Origin: Octopus vulgaris
Lineage: Eukaryota
Assembly (NCBI GenBank): GCA_951406725.2
Contig: OX597827.1
Span: 73,966,001-74,030,000 of the forward strand
Reading direction: 5' to 3'
DNA: 64,000 nt
The translations under genes and the position numbers were made by a program. Under the pieces are notes generated by a model, which did not search any database, was not told the origin of the DNA, and was given only the letters and a program-made list of their open reading frames with translations. This document shows, one piece after another, positions 40,096 to 55,800 of the stretch (its first letter is position 1; the number at the start of each line of letters is the position of its first letter).

Positions 40096-40782
40096 CCGTT
40101 TTAAATGGACAATAGATGGTAATGGTGTTGGTAGTGTTACGCATATTAACATTGATTTGATTGAAACCTAAAATTTCTGGAAAATTGTACGAATAGCAGC
40201 AATAGAATTCAATGAAAAGAGGAATGTTATTGACAACATTCTTCAATATAGCCAAACAATTATTTCTTTAAATGCGGTCAAAATAAGGAACCCTTGACGT
40301 ACCCACCAAACCGAGACGACTAAGGCGCTCACCAATTGCCGAAAATATTTCGATGAATAAAGCGGGATAACTGCTAACCAAGTTGGTACATCTACTAAAC
40401 CATGGCATCTAAGCCACATACAGATTGATCGAAATACAGCTAATACTTAGTTGGCGCACTCACTAAACAATGATATCTTAGCAAGTTACTGATTGTTCAA
40501 AACACAGTTTGTAAGATTAACTCTGCTGGAGCCAATCGGAATTTATTTAAAGGACAAGTGAATCATTTCACAAGACTTGTCAATCGTGGAACACGACAGT
40601 CACAACTACTGCATAAACTTGATGATTGCATAACGCATGAAAGTACAAGTTCTATCACAACATATATATATTCTGTTATTATAATATTGTGAAATTCTAA
40701 AACTTTTATATGGTAAAACATTATAATCAGACTAGTTTGGAATTTAATTAATATATTCCTCTTTACACAATCATACAAACCC

Positions 40783-40849
<67 letters not shown>

Positions 40850-40937
40850 GGGAGAGTTTACGAAAAAAACAAAATACGAAGACAGGAGGTGTACAAAACT
40901 AACAGATGTATTAGCATAACGCGCAGGAATAGAAACA

Positions 40938-40978
40938 GTCTCTTACGTTTCGAGCCTACGCTCTTCTACATAAAGAGA
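40938..40978 (-). ncRNA. Degenerate hammerhead motif in solo Penelope pLTR (about 40850-41010), same family as 5065-5102
   Basis: Minus strand tctttatgtagaagagcgtaggctcgaaacgtaagaga; core mutated. Confidence 0.45.
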
Positions 40979-41009
40979 CACAGAAAAAACAAGGAGAGAA
41001 ACAAGGAGA

Positions 41010-41061
<52 letters not shown>

Positions 41062-41134
41062 ACAGACGAATAAAAGGCACTCTACCTATTTATTGCGAGT
41101 TACGTGAAAGGATCAAAATAGTTTGATTGAAATC

Positions 41135-42525
41135 CCTTTGTACTCTTGAGTTTCAAGCACGATGTTAGTCGTCAGTCATTTTGAATTTGAATGACAAAAG
41201 TTGATTATTATTAGTGTAGGTTGGACTGCGATCGGTCGGGGAAGGTCATGCGGTGTCGTGTTTTGATGTTGGCATACGGGTAAGAGTTAGTTGGAAAATA
41301 CTGCAAGGTGAACAGGAAATTGACCAGGTGGAGGGCAGGAAATAGACTAGAGGTCAGTCAGGTTGTTGGTGGTTAGTAAGAAGTGGTGGCATATGCAAGT
41401 ATATAGTTCTATAAGTGGGTGTGTATATGCGTTCATATAGTTTTGTGTACATGTGTATATTGATGCGTGAGAGCACATTTGTACATAGACGCACACACAC
41501 ACACTTGCACACACACACATACAGCGCGCGTGCTTAAACGAACACGTATACACATACACACGCATACTTACACTCACATCTAACCGCACGCATCATCAAA
41601 CGTAAAAATGCACCCTCACATCCCCATCCCCATCCCCAACCTGCTACTTCCGAAACCCTACCACGTGCCCCCCAGAAGGATCTTCTCAAGCGCCGTAGTA
41701 TACAGAGTCACTCTTACTCCATCCGATGGCCTTACTAGGCACTATATGGGTATGACAGCTACTGACTCCAAGGGAACATACTCCACGTAAATGCACTCGT
41801 TCAGATCCAGGGACCTGTTTTTCTCTGGATATTCCGTGATCTCCGAGATGAAATACCCAGCATTAAGGTGACTACTGTCGACGTAGCCCTAGCATATTCA
41901 CCCGACGTCCCCATCTGCCAGCTCTGTCTCTGTGAAAAACTGCATATCCTCCAACAACTCTCAGTATCTATCAAGAAAGAAATACGCTTCATCGTATTGT
42001 TGTCACCAGAGATATTCATTTCTGGCAAATTTCAGCCCTCTGACATCCGCCAACCTGGATATACCACTTTACCACCAACTGCTACCTTGTACCGCTTGTA
42101 TCAAGGTCACCGCTACCAACCAACCCTATGAGCAGGGCCGCTGTTTACAAATTCCCAACGTTTGCCAACTCTCACCTCATACCAACCCCAATACTTACCA
42201 ATTCTCAATGCTTTCCAATCTCCAACGCTTGTTTTACGCTTGTATATGAGTGCATCTACACACCCACATGGAGAACTATAGACTTGCGCATGCCCCTGCT
42301 TCCTACTCCCGGTCAACAACGTGTCCGACTTCTAGTCTATTTCCTACCCTCCACATGGTCAATTTCCTGTTAGCCAAGTCGTATTTTCCAGCTAACTGTT
42401 ACTCATGAACTGTTACAAATATCAAATCACGACACCAATTGCAGCCCATCTCACGGTAATAACGATCGACTTGCCATTCAAATTCAAAATGGCTGACTAG
42501 TAACGTGCTTAGAATTCAAGGGAAC
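41135..42525 (+). mobile_element. Penelope-like remnant (GIY-YIG fragment 41610-42030) bracketed by inverted terminal repeats
   Basis: VVYRVT...YMGMT, CQLCLCEKLHIL; inverted arms 41135-41370 vs 42310-42525 (e.g. aggaaattgacca..tggaggg..ggaaatagactaga). Confidence 0.7.
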
Positions 42526-42644
42526 CAACGAATATGAATCAAACTCTTATGGTCCATATATATATGTGTGTTTGTGTGTGTGTATGTGCATACTTGCAGA
42601 GGCACACGGCGTTGCCTAGGAATAAAATGTTTCCTAACATATCG

Positions 42645-43726
<1,082 letters not shown>

Positions 43727-43849
43727 CGAAAGTACAAAATTTGCCACTTTTATGCAAGGAGATAAATTCTACCACATTAGTTGAAGGAAATTATGTAAGA
43801 GCTTCTAGTTAAACAACATTCTTTGTATTCTGCTTTGGAGAATAGACAA

Positions 43850-44660
43850 ATAGGTCTTGCAAACTACCTACACTGGAGCAAATTTCACCATAAGAATTTG
43901 ACTATAAGAAAATCAAGCCAGTAGATTTCAAATACTAACCTTGAACTGTATTAACAGACATTGCAAAGGGAAGTCGCACTGGGAATTGTGTTCGTTTGAA
44001 CTCAAAGGGCATATCTGTTGGTTTGATTGAAATTCTTGGAACGAAAACCTCTTATTCAGAGGCACATCGAGTAATGATGGTAGCTTTTGCTACACTAGGT
44101 GACAATGTCTTCACAATCAACCCTGTCCCATTGCATAATTTAGGAGGATCTAAATTTCCTAGAAGCATTATTGGGACTCCTACCTTTAGAAAATGTTTAT
44201 GTGGAGGAATTCCAGGTGGCTCAAGAGAATTAAGGAACTCTGTTGGGTAATGGACAGCTTGATTTCCATCAAGGACTGAAGAAACTGATTTGTATTTCTC
44301 CCATAAATTTATTGTTGCCTCTGATGTCCTGTAAGGTGTTACCAAGAGCTTCCATTTCACCTCTATGTGACATGGTGCGTTCACCCTAAATGATATGGTG
44401 GCATGGGAACAATACTTCTGCTGAACCTGAATCTTTGATTATGTTACAAATGAGACTGTCAGTTGTCACCAGGTTTAGTGGTAATTTAAAAGCAGAATGA
44501 GTTGTTCGTCCACCTGTGAGAATGGTGGCAGCAAAGCCAGACAATAGTACAGTAATAACAATTTTTTTTTGCCTTACTTTGGGGAAAAGTAATGTTTCAA
44601 GACGTTTTATGTGTGTCACCAGGAGCACAAGAAAGAAAATTCCCCTGCTTTTTCCTGACG
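43850..44660 (-). mobile_element. Helitron helicase remnant (second lineage)
   Basis: AATILTGGRTTHSAFKLP; [17 protein letters not shown]...[21 protein letters not shown]. Confidence 0.88.
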
Positions 44661-44745
44661 GTTGTAGAACCTCGCCCGCACACACAAACAGACACACTCA
44701 AAGATACATATACATACAGTATCAAACCACAGAGGAAATAGAGGA

Positions 44746-44780
<35 letters not shown>

Positions 44781-44879
44781 AAGAGAGAGAGTGAGGGGTG
44801 TATTTCATATATACGTACATACATAAATAATAGGCGTACATCTTTCTTGTATCTATGTATGCGGGTGTGTGAGAGAGAG

Positions 44880-44913
<34 letters not shown>

Positions 44914-45949
44914 TGTGTGTGTCACTTAGACATCACTCTTCCTCACACACACTCACGCTCACACACGTACATACAGAGAGATGTGTCCGCTTGACGATTG
45001 TCCTGATGAAACAAAATAACTTTCCTCAGATTTCTTAAGCGCTTAGTCTTCATACATTTTCGTAACTGCCTCAGCAACTTGGCATAGTACCCGCCAATTA
45101 TGTGTCAGCCCCTTCAAAAATAGTCAATAAATACAATACATTTGCATCATGAAAACCTGAAACCATCACCTTGCTGCTTGTGTAACGACCTAGGCCACCT
45201 TTGAAGCAGAGGAGGTGGGGTGTTTCTCCTCCATCTATTGTCTTTTTGACTCTATCTCAAAGTGATAAACCCAAAACTCATCTCAGCTTAGGAATTTTTT
45301 AAGGAAACTAGCTAAACCTGCCTCAAACAATGTCAGATTTTCCAGTGATATTGTACGACTGGTGCGCTTTTCATCAGGTGTCAATAGAAGTGACACCCAC
45401 CACGAAGAAACATTCGTCATGACAAGTTCATCATGTTTATTGTACAAAGTGTTTTCATGTCTCTCTCTCAAGGTATTTGATAACAGCACAGTGTCAAATT
45501 TTGTCCATTTTCAAGATAAGTCGCTATTAGTAATATTTGAAGTCTTCTTTGAACAGTCAGATGTCAGTTTACCTGGAAGGAAACAATTCAGATATTAAGA
45601 AGTAGAGTTGAGAATTAATGCATGCAAGATTTCACAGCTCTAGCATCACTCCTTCATAGTCGTCCTATGAATCTTTCAGCCCACCCTCGTATATCTAGAA
45701 TATCTCCACTGTAAAATTTTAATCTCAAAGCTAGTTGGAATTAAATTAAACAACATAAAACAGTCTGAAATTTTTATCAATATCTGTTTGCTGTACCACG
45801 TAGAGAGAAGTGGATGTTCCTGAGTATTCATTCACGCACATTCATACGTTACTACACACATTAATGATGCACAAGGCAAACAGCCACAGATACAGACACA
45901 GAAGTATATACCACCTTGTTAAAGATAATTTCCTTGTTTTCAATTAAAT

Positions 45950-46290
<341 letters not shown>

Positions 46291-46353
46291 CTTATGTACA
46301 TATACGTATATATATTTTTGATTTTTTTCAACTCATTGTGTTATCGATGTAAA

Positions 46354-46650
46354 GGCGTGTGGCTTAGTGGTTAGGGTATTCGGCTAACGATCGTAAAGTC
46401 ATGAGTTCAATTCCCGGCGACTTTATTTCTCATTGCCCGAGTCCTCTCAGCTGAAAGAATGAGTTGTATCTGTATTTCAAAGCGCCAGCCTCGTTACACC
46501 CTGCGTCACGCTGAATCTCCCTAATAACTCCGTTAAGCGTACAGATGTTTGTGGAGTACTCAGCCACTTGAACGGTAAATTCACGAGCAGGCTCTTCCGT
46601 TGATCAAATCAACTGGAACCCTCTTAGCCGTCACCGGCGGAGTGCCAGTA
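46354..46650 (+). mobile_element. tRNA-derived SINE
   Basis: A box tggcttagtgg and B box gagttcaattccc, followed by non-tRNA body. Confidence 0.75.
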
Positions 46651-46785
46651 CATATTGTGTTACTGATTATTTAATTAGACAAATTATTGAAAAGGTAAAC
46701 TCTTCGCTTGATGATCTTTCTTTTCAAATTATTCTCAATATAAATAACATCTGATTCCAATTTTACTCTTATATTTTGGTTCTAG

Positions 46786-46968
46786 GTGAGAGGCTATATA
46801 GATTTAAAGTTTCTGTTGGACCATCACTTTGTTTTCAAAGTCTAGGTAATGAATACAATGAAGATGTAATTTATATTAAATGTGGAAATCCACTCACTGC
46901 AAGTTATGTCAGGATATCGTTAAATGGAGATCGGAGAATGCTTACTCTTTGTGAAGTGGAAGTATTAC
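46786..46968 (+). CDS. Host-gene exon: C-terminal half of F-type lectin domain (ERLYRFKVSVG...C...C...SYVRISL...LTLCEVEVL)
   Basis: ttctAG acceptor and C|GTAAGT donor; 183 bp, phase 1-1; hallmark YVRI...LTLCEVEV; in frame with the 26632-26889 exon. Confidence 0.9.
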
Positions 46969-47763
46969 GTAAGTTATGTTTATTTGTTATTTCACTTGGT
47001 AAATATTGATTTATGAGAATGTTACAGAGCTATCGATTTTGAGATAAAGTACAACCGTTTATCTTGACTTTCATAGTGGACTGATAACTATGTTATCGAT
47101 CCTGAATGTTTAATAAGGTAAAATGTATTGAGCGGGGTTTGAACTCCGAACATAAATGAACATACTAATTATCATTAGACGGTTGGTTCGGTTTTGAAAT
47201 CTTTCTGCTTCCCCACCTCTTTGGCCCTCCCCTGCCACAGTTTTCCTAAATAGTAACGCTTTAGTGATACGTTTTTAATTCACTATTACAGGCTAAGCAA
47301 ACACTTGTCAAATATACTGGCATACTGCTTACCTACAGTCAAGAACTCTGTATCCAATGAACAAAGTCATTCTGTTGACCATAAAATTTCCGACTGCTGT
47401 TGACTGGAGTGTTGATAAAGCTAATTAAGATTGATATAACAAATATTTCAATTGTGTACTTTATAAACTAAATATGTATAATTTTATATACCATTACACT
47501 CTCGCCAACTTTCATTCACTCATCTTATTTCATTTTACACGATTCGATAAGATTATGTCTTTTCAAACATTCGACTTGTGCATGGTTATGTTCATTTTTG
47601 AGGTCACTAAAAGATTACTCCTTATTTCTTCTTTCAAGCCCTAATAATTTAAAACATATTCATTCTATAGAATATCATTACAACTGAATATTTATGTGCT
47701 AACGCTCGTGAAATACATACAGAAACCGTGATATTTTCTTTTTCAATCATTTTTGTATTGCAG

Positions 47764-47907
47764 AATGTGTTCCTGGGTTCTATGGAGATATGTGTATGAA
47801 ACGTTGCGAACACTGTGAAGGCACTAAATGTGATGAAGTCACGGGACGCTGTGAGGAAGGTTGCATCATAGGATATTACGTATCCCTTCGTTACCAGAAG
47901 TGCATTG
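47764..47907 (+). CDS. Host-gene exon: EGF-like repeat (CVPGFYGDMCMKRCEHCEGTKCDEVTGRCEEGCIIGYYVSLRYQKCI)
   Basis: ttgcAG acceptor and G|GTTAGA donor; 144 bp, phase 1-1; 8 Cys. Not in the ORF track; read directly from sequence. Confidence 0.85.
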
Positions 47908-48486
47908 GTTAGATAAACTTTTAATCTCTTGCTCAATAATATTACTGAGGGATTATTAGATTTCATTGTAAATCTTTCTTATATCAGTTTCTATAAATAT
48001 CCATATCCGCAATAACCTTTTGAATATTAACATTATCAACCTTATATGATCTGGTATGATCATTATTTAATATTCTGTTTGGAAAATCTATGGGACTTAC
48101 TCTGTCTCATTAACTCGATTACTTTCTACTATTACCGCCGAGATATTAATTTTTATGCGGAAATATATTAGAAATCTTACAACTGTTTATGGCACAGATT
48201 GCTTTCCCTGTAATATCTTTCTTCTCTTCTTCTGTGTCTTTCCTTATTTTAACATTTCGGTCTCAATTGTTGTTTTTCAGTTTTTCTGTTCAGTTTACAG
48301 ATATACAATTTACTCTTAGTTTCAAATATATATGGTTCTTAACATTCCCAGCAAAGGCAGACTGTCTAGAATCTTTGTTATGCCGAAATTAAAGATGACC
48401 AAAGTAAATCAGAACTCTGCACTATGTAAAACAGCCATTTTCTACTTGCATTGTCGCAATAAACACGCTATAGGCTCTACTTTTAA

Positions 48487-48552
<66 letters not shown>

Positions 48553-48589
48553 AGATCTGTACATAAATATATACATAGTTAATTATTCT

Positions 48590-48835
48590 TGTTCTTTGTC
48601 CATTCTCGAGCCGCGCCTGTGTCATAGGGCCAGATTCTCGGTTTTCTTCACGTATAGGTTCCCCACCTGGACGAGACGCCGGTCCGTCGCAGGATTACTC
48701 ACTTTTACTAGCTGGATCAACGTGAAATGAAGTGTTTTGCTCAAGAACACAACGCAACGCCCGGTCCAGGAATGGAAACCACAGAAATACGATCATGAGT
48801 TCAACACCCTAACCACTAAGTCACGCGCCTCCACA
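48590..48835 (-). mobile_element. tRNA-derived SINE
   Basis: Minus strand ggcgcgtgacttagtggttagggtgttg...ggtttccattcctggacc. Confidence 0.7.
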
Positions 48836-48858
48836 TAGTTATATATAAATATGTGTAC

Positions 48859-48938
<80 letters not shown>

Positions 48939-48939
48939 T

Positions 48940-50400
48940 TTTTTCTGTAGTTTCAACTCAGAGCTGCGGCCATGCTGATGCACTGCTGTTTTGCTACACT
49001 GTTATTACTGAGAGTCTCCTCCAAAATGTGACACTTGGGGAAGAATGGTGGTTGATGTAGCTACCTTCATTTGCCTCTTTTGCTGTGAGGTAGGTTCATC
49101 TAGGAATCTCGACTGGAAGAAGACCAGCTTTGAATTAAAAACGCCTACATCTACTTTGTGCATGTTCCTCAGGCTCTTTGGGAGAATATTAAAATGCTGT
49201 GGGCCCCTGAACCCCAGGCTGTTGCAGTAACTCGTTCTGAAGCTCGATGGCGTTGCTGGGATCTTTGGCACTATGCAGTGTCGTTGGCATTGGTGTAGCT
49301 TTCAATGCCAAAATTTGGCCAATTATTTCCAAGATCTTCCAGATGTATATTGCAGCATTATTCTCCCGCCTTCTCTCCGAGGAGTATAATCTTAGCTGTT
49401 TCAGCCTTTCCCAGTAGCTGAGCAGTTGCAAAAAGACGATCTTCTTTGTGAATCTTCTCTGGATTGCTTCAAGGTCCGATGATAATTTCATACTGGTAAT
49501 TTCATACTGCTGGTAGCAGTAATCAAGGTGGCTGAGGACGAATGTCCTCCAGAGAACCAACATCGTTCTTATCTCTGATTCTGAATGTTCTCAGGATCCA
49601 TCCAGCCTGTCGTCTGCACTTTGTTGCCATCCTGGAAACCTGCAATTGGAAAGAGGTATCATCACTCATGTCGATACCCAGGTCCCTAACTGATTTAGGC
49701 TCTAGGACTGAAATTTCTTGTGGACCAGTGCAACCTATAAGTTTTATATTCTGTTTTGGACGCGGGTAGCGCAAGGTTTGGAATTTTTCAACATTAAACT
49801 GCATATTATTATCGTCAGTCCATCTGTATATTGAGTCCAACATCTGCTGCAGATGTGCAACATTGCTGTGGTTCTGTATTTTCTGCGAGACTTGTGTATC
49901 GTCTGCGTATCTTGCAAGGGTGACTATCCGGACACATGAGGGCATATCTGAGAAGGCCACTATAGAAAGCAGTGGTCCCAAGACAGTGCCCTTTGGAACA
50001 CCACTCAGTGTTTGTGTTTTCATAGAGGTGGCTCCATGAGCCACAACGTTCTGACCTCTATATTTCAGAAAGTCATGTAACTATTCTCCAAGTTTTGCAG
50101 CTATGCCGAGATCACGCAGTCTGTTGCATATCATACCATGATCCACTTTGTCAAAAGCTTTTACAAAATCAGGGTATATTACATACACATTTGATTTGTT
50201 GAGTAAATGCTTCAACACCCAGCCTCCCTGGACCTCAAGTGGCCTGAACTCTTTACATGAACACCACCCTGTACTTAACTCCATGTCCCCCTACATGGCC
50301 TTGCTATTTGCTTTTGAGCCAAATTAACTAACTAACTAACTAACTAACTAACATAAGGATGTAAGAGCTGGGTCAGGCAGCTCCTACCTGGTTGAAAGCT
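48940..50400 (-). mobile_element. 5'-truncated degenerate LINE related to the 28.4-33.9 kb element
   Basis: DFVKAFDKVDHGMIC, GVPKGTVLGPLL, YADD, WILRTFR, SYWERLKQLRLYS; 3' end abuts (TA)n. Confidence 0.88.
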
Positions 50401-50572
50401 AGGACAGAGTGAAGCGAAAAGTGGAGGGAACTGAGCAACGAGAGAAGGCAAAGAAATGTGAGAGAGGGGGAACGAAAGAACGAAGAGTGGAATGAACAAA
50501 TAAGCGTGAAAGGGCTGAAAGACAGAAATAGAGTCGTGCAACATTTAGAAAACTGTATACTTACGTACGGCG

Positions 50573-51254
<682 letters not shown>

Positions 51255-51559
51255 CAAAATGGGACAAGAACGCAAAACATCCAGACAGTCAGGTGATACA
51301 AAAAAGGAGAACAAAAAATTCATATAGACGATACAAAGAAAACAAGGATGGGTCATTCGGAGTTTTCTTTCGTCAGTCGAGTTCCAGATGATCTTTGCAA
51401 TTTCGGCTGGTTATACTCGATATTGCTCCAATCTGGCGAGCCCCAAGGAAAAATACTTATTTTCATATATCTATATGTATAAATAAATATATATATGTAT
51501 AAATATATATATATGTGTGTGTGTGTGTGTTGTGTATGTGTGTGTTTGTGTGTATGTAC

Positions 51560-51680
51560 CAAATCCACTAACAAGGCTTTGGTCAGCCCGACGCTATAAT
51601 AGAAGACATATGCACAACGTGACATGCAGTGGGATTGAAACCGGATCCATATAGTTGGAAAGCAAGCTTCTTACCAAACT
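51560..51680 (-). mobile_element. SINE fragment spanning the left boundary of the tandem array
   Basis: caaggctttggtcagcccg..ctataatagaagac..gggattgaaaccgga..aagcaagcttcttacca resembles 1880-1980. Confidence 0.55.
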
Positions 51681-52029
51681 ATCATTCATTAATAACTCTA
51701 TCACCACTGAACACCATTTGTGATATAGGGAGACGACGTATGCAAAAGATCCTGAAGGAAGTCCTTTGTCAGCTCGTGATTCTCTATAATTATCTATATT
51801 TGATATTTCATCGAATTTTATTTTACGCGAATACTTTCATCTCATTCACTGTGGTTACATTTCATTGATCCACGTTGAAATACAATGAGGAATCAAGTAT
51901 ATACTCATCTCTATCTAGTGTCTGTAATGCTAAAAGAAATAACAATATCTAGCATATTAAGTCATCTATACTATGTCATAAAACTCTTATAATAGCAATT
52001 TATGGCTAACATTGTTTTTATTATTTCAG

Positions 52030-52158
52030 AATGTCTCAGCGGTAGATTTGGTCGCAATTGCGCAAAGTCCTGTCATTGTTCCCTAACATGTAACCACATA
52101 AATGGATCGTGTCCAGGTGTGTGTGATGCAGGATACACCGGAGACAACTGCCAAGAAG
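52030..52158 (+). CDS. EGF exon A, copy 1 (CLSGRFGRNCAKSCHCSLTCNHINGSCPGVCDAGYTGDNCQE)
   Basis: tttcAG acceptor and G|GTTATT donor; 129 bp, phase 1-1, 8 Cys. Confidence 0.85.
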
Positions 52159-52419
52159 GTTATTTCCAACACCTTTTATTCCAACATTTTAACATTCTCT
52201 ACATTTCAATTAGTGTTTCTTAGCGTAAATCAACTTTCTTATTTATCATCAAAGACTACTTCAACGTTAACTCATAAGTTATGTTTTAAGATAAGATAAT
52301 AAAAAAGCGTATCATTGATGTCTCACATATATTTGTAGAAGAGAACTCTTACAGCCATAACTTTTATTGTGTGGAGCTAATAATATCTAATCTATTGTGT
52401 TTTGTATTAATATTTCCAG

Positions 52420-52554
52420 AATGTGAAGTTGGTAGATTTGGTAAGAATTGTGGAAGGACATGTCATTGTATCGACGACGAAAACTGCGACAGGATAACTG
52501 GAAAATGCCCAAAAGAATGTTCTGCTGGATATAGAGGCTACTATTGTCAAAAAA
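52420..52554 (+). CDS. EGF exon B, copy 1 (CEVGRFGKNCGRTCHCIDDENCDRITGKCPKECSAGYRGYYCQK)
   Basis: ttccAG acceptor and A|GTGTGA donor; 135 bp, phase 1-1, 8 Cys. Confidence 0.85.
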
Positions 52555-52817
52555 GTGTGATATGAAACTATAAAATATTTCATAAAATTATGTTTAAATC
52601 TCTGCATCTGATTCTTACTTTATCTTTCCTTTCATTTAATTAACGTGGTAATGGAGACGCAGACTAACCAGTTTATTTTCCAAACTTACATTCATTAAAT
52701 ACTTCGTGAATTCATATCGAGATATATTGAGATATATGGGTTCTATGCGCTTGTATGTATGCTGTATATATGTATGGATATGTATTTGTACATATACATG
52801 TATATGTATTTATGCAT

Positions 52818-52856
<39 letters not shown>

Positions 52857-53020
52857 GGGGGGGTATAAATATATATATATATGTATTTATGCTTATATAT
52901 ATATATGTCTATATATATACATGTAAATATATATATATATGTGTGTGTATGTATATAATATGTACATACATGCGTATCAGTGTAATACACATATATATAT
53001 AGCTCACACACACATGTAAC

Positions 53021-54218
53021 TTTTAAACAAATTATCTTAATATGGGGTAGGACCGCCTTTGACAGTAATTACACCTTCAATTCTACGAGGTATGGACTCG
53101 TACAAATTTTGAATTGTTTCCAAAGGAATTTTTGTCCATTCGTCAACAAAAACAATCTCCATTTCTTGTAGTTTTAATATCGATATGGTGGAGGATATCG
53201 GCTCTTAACTTGTTTTTATAAAATGCACAATAAATGATCAATAATATTGAGATCAGGGGACACTGGTGACCCGATGAACTTCACTTCACTAGAATGTTTC
53301 TCCTGCCATTCAGTAACAACTTTAGCTGTATGAATTGGTGCATCATCATCCAGAAAGATTGCGTTTCCCTCAGGAAACAGTTCCGCAACCATAGGATGAA
53401 TTTGATTAGATAAAATGCTTAAATAGCCTTTACCATTAATTCTGCCATGAAGGGAAACAATTGGGCCGGGGAATTTCCAAGATATATCCCTAACCCAGAT
53501 CATCACAGATCCTCCTCCATAGTTAACAGTTGGAAGATGGCAAATGGTTCTTGCTCCTTTTGGCTCTCTCCACAAGTATACTCAACCGGTGGTCGGAAAT
53601 AGGGTAAAGAATGCTCTAGGACCAATTCTGTAGTTTTTACTCCACCCTAAAAACATTGCGACGTTTGATTTTGGAAGTAGTGGTTTTCAGAATAAGCACT
53701 CCCGTGAACTTCGGCTTTATGCAGCTCTCGGCAAACAGTTTTTGTTGAAACAGGATTCTCAAGGTGGTTCTTTAGCTCTGCAAGAATTTTGGGAACTGTA
53801 CGTTTGTGATCCATTCTAACAATTCGCGTAAGAGTCCCTATCTGAAAGTTTTGGTTCTCTTCTGGAGTTTTGTTTCGAAGAGGAGGTTTTTCCCACTTTC
53901 TCAAAGGCTGCATTACTTTCACGACAGTACTTCTTGATAAACCAAACATTTCGGCTGTTTTTGTTATGCTAGCACCTGTCATATGAGCACCAATAATTCT
54001 ACCTCTTTGAAAGTCCAATAGATGTGTTATTTTAATGGATTTTAATTACCTTTTTCTAATGGTAACTGAAAAGAAACAGCAATTTTAGCAAAACATATTA
54101 TGCGACAATAATAATAAATCAGAAAATATATAAAAATAATTTTTTGATGGTTTTTATAGATATTTCAAAATTTTGATGCTATAATAGTAGGCGTTTCCAT
54201 TATTTTGTCCAACCTCTG
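53021..54218 (-). mobile_element. Tc1-family DNA transposon remnant, variant X (one TIR lost)
   Basis: Frameshifted transposase: HTH DFQRGRIIGAHMTGAS, GGGSVMIW, FLDDDAPIH, SPDLNII; TIR gtttccattattttgtccaacctctg+TA. Confidence 0.9.
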
Positions 54219-54803
54219 TATATATTCATCATAGATATAAGGTAGATAAGAAGACTTGAAGAAGACATACAGAAATCGATTGAACTAAAGGATAGGCTAT
54301 AATATCCATGTTAAAAACGTAATTTCAATGAGATTAGGTATCATTAACAATCATCATCACCAGTGTACATCCGTTCTGTATGTTGTTAGCCGTTGTGCGA
54401 TTCTAGGTGTCCCAACCCGGATCCATATGGTTGGGAAGCAAGCTTCTTACCAAACTTTCATTCATTGATAACTCTATCGCCATTAAACACAATTTCTGAT
54501 ATAGGGAGAGGACGTATGCAAAAGTTGCGGAAGGAAGTCGTTTGTCTGCTCGTGATTCTTTATAATTATCTATATTTGATATTTCATCGGATTTTATTTT
54601 ACCCGAATACTTTCATCTTATTATCTATAGTGACATTTCATTGATCCACGTTGAAATACAATGAAGAATCAAGTATATACACATTTCTATCTAGTGTCTG
54701 TAATGCTAAAACAAATAACAATATCTAGCATATTAAGTCATCCATACTATATCATAAAACTCTTAAAATAGCAATTCATGGCTATTGTTTTTTTTTATCT
54801 CAG

Positions 54804-54932
54804 AATGTCACAATGGTAAATTTGGTCCCAAATGCACAAAGTCCTGTCATTGTTCCGAAACATGTAACCACATAAATGGATCGTGTCCAGGTGTGTGTGA
54901 TGCAGGATACACCGGAGACAACTGCCAAGAAG
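54804..54932 (+). CDS. EGF exon A, copy 2 (CHNGKFGPKCTKSCHCSETC...)
   Basis: Intact splice sites, 129 bp, paralogous to 52030-52158. Confidence 0.85.
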
Positions 54933-55195
54933 GTTATTTCCAATACTTTTTATTCCAACATTTTAAAATTCTTTAGTGTTAAGTATTTAGTGTTTCTTAG
55001 CGTAAATCAACTTTCCTATTTATCATCAAAGACTACTTCAATGTTAACTCATAAGTTATGTTTTAAGATAAGATTATAAAAAAGCATGTCATTGATATCT
55101 CTCATATATTTGTAGATGAGAGCTCCTACAGCCATAACTTCATTGTGTGGAGCTAATAATATCTAATCTATTGTGTTTTGTATTAATATTTTCAG

Positions 55196-55330
55196 AATGT
55201 GAAGCTGGTAGATTTGGTAAGAATTGTGGAAGGACATGTCATTGTATCGACGACGAAAACTGCGACAGGATAACTGGAAAATGCTCAGACGGATGTTTTG
55301 CTGGATATAGAGGCGCCTTTTGTCAACAAA
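55196..55330 (+). CDS. EGF exon B, copy 2 (CEAGRFGKNC...CSDGCFAGYRGAFCQQ)
   Basis: Intact splice sites, 135 bp. Confidence 0.85.
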
Positions 55331-55593
55331 GTGTGATATGAAACTATAAAATATTTCATAAAATTATGTTTAAATCTCTGCATCAGATTCTTATTTTATC
55401 TTTCCTTTCATTTAATTAACGTGGTAATGGAGACGCAGACTAACCAGTTTATTTTCCAAACTTACATTCATTAAATACTTCGTGAATTCATATCGAGATA
55501 TATTGAGATATATGGGTTCTATGCGCTTGTATGTATGCTGTATATATGTATGGATATGTATTTGTACATATACATATATATGTATTTATGCAT

Positions 55594-55636
<43 letters not shown>

Positions 55637-55800
55637 GGGGGGGAGTATAAATATATATATATATATGTATTTATGCTTATATATATATATGTCTATATAT
55701 ATACATGTAAATATATATATGTGTGTGTATGTATATAATATGTACATACATACGTATCAGTGTAATACACACATATATATAGCTCACACACACATGTAAC

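Noticed and set aside
45050-45780. Coding-like stretch with ORFs 45283-45489 and 45362-45598
   Set aside because: No recognisable motif or splice-consistent exon; probably decayed TE, unassignable without a search
46354-46425. Possible tRNA genes here and at 13011 and 48760-48835
   Set aside because: A/B boxes are present but there is no complete cloverleaf, and each continues into a SINE body
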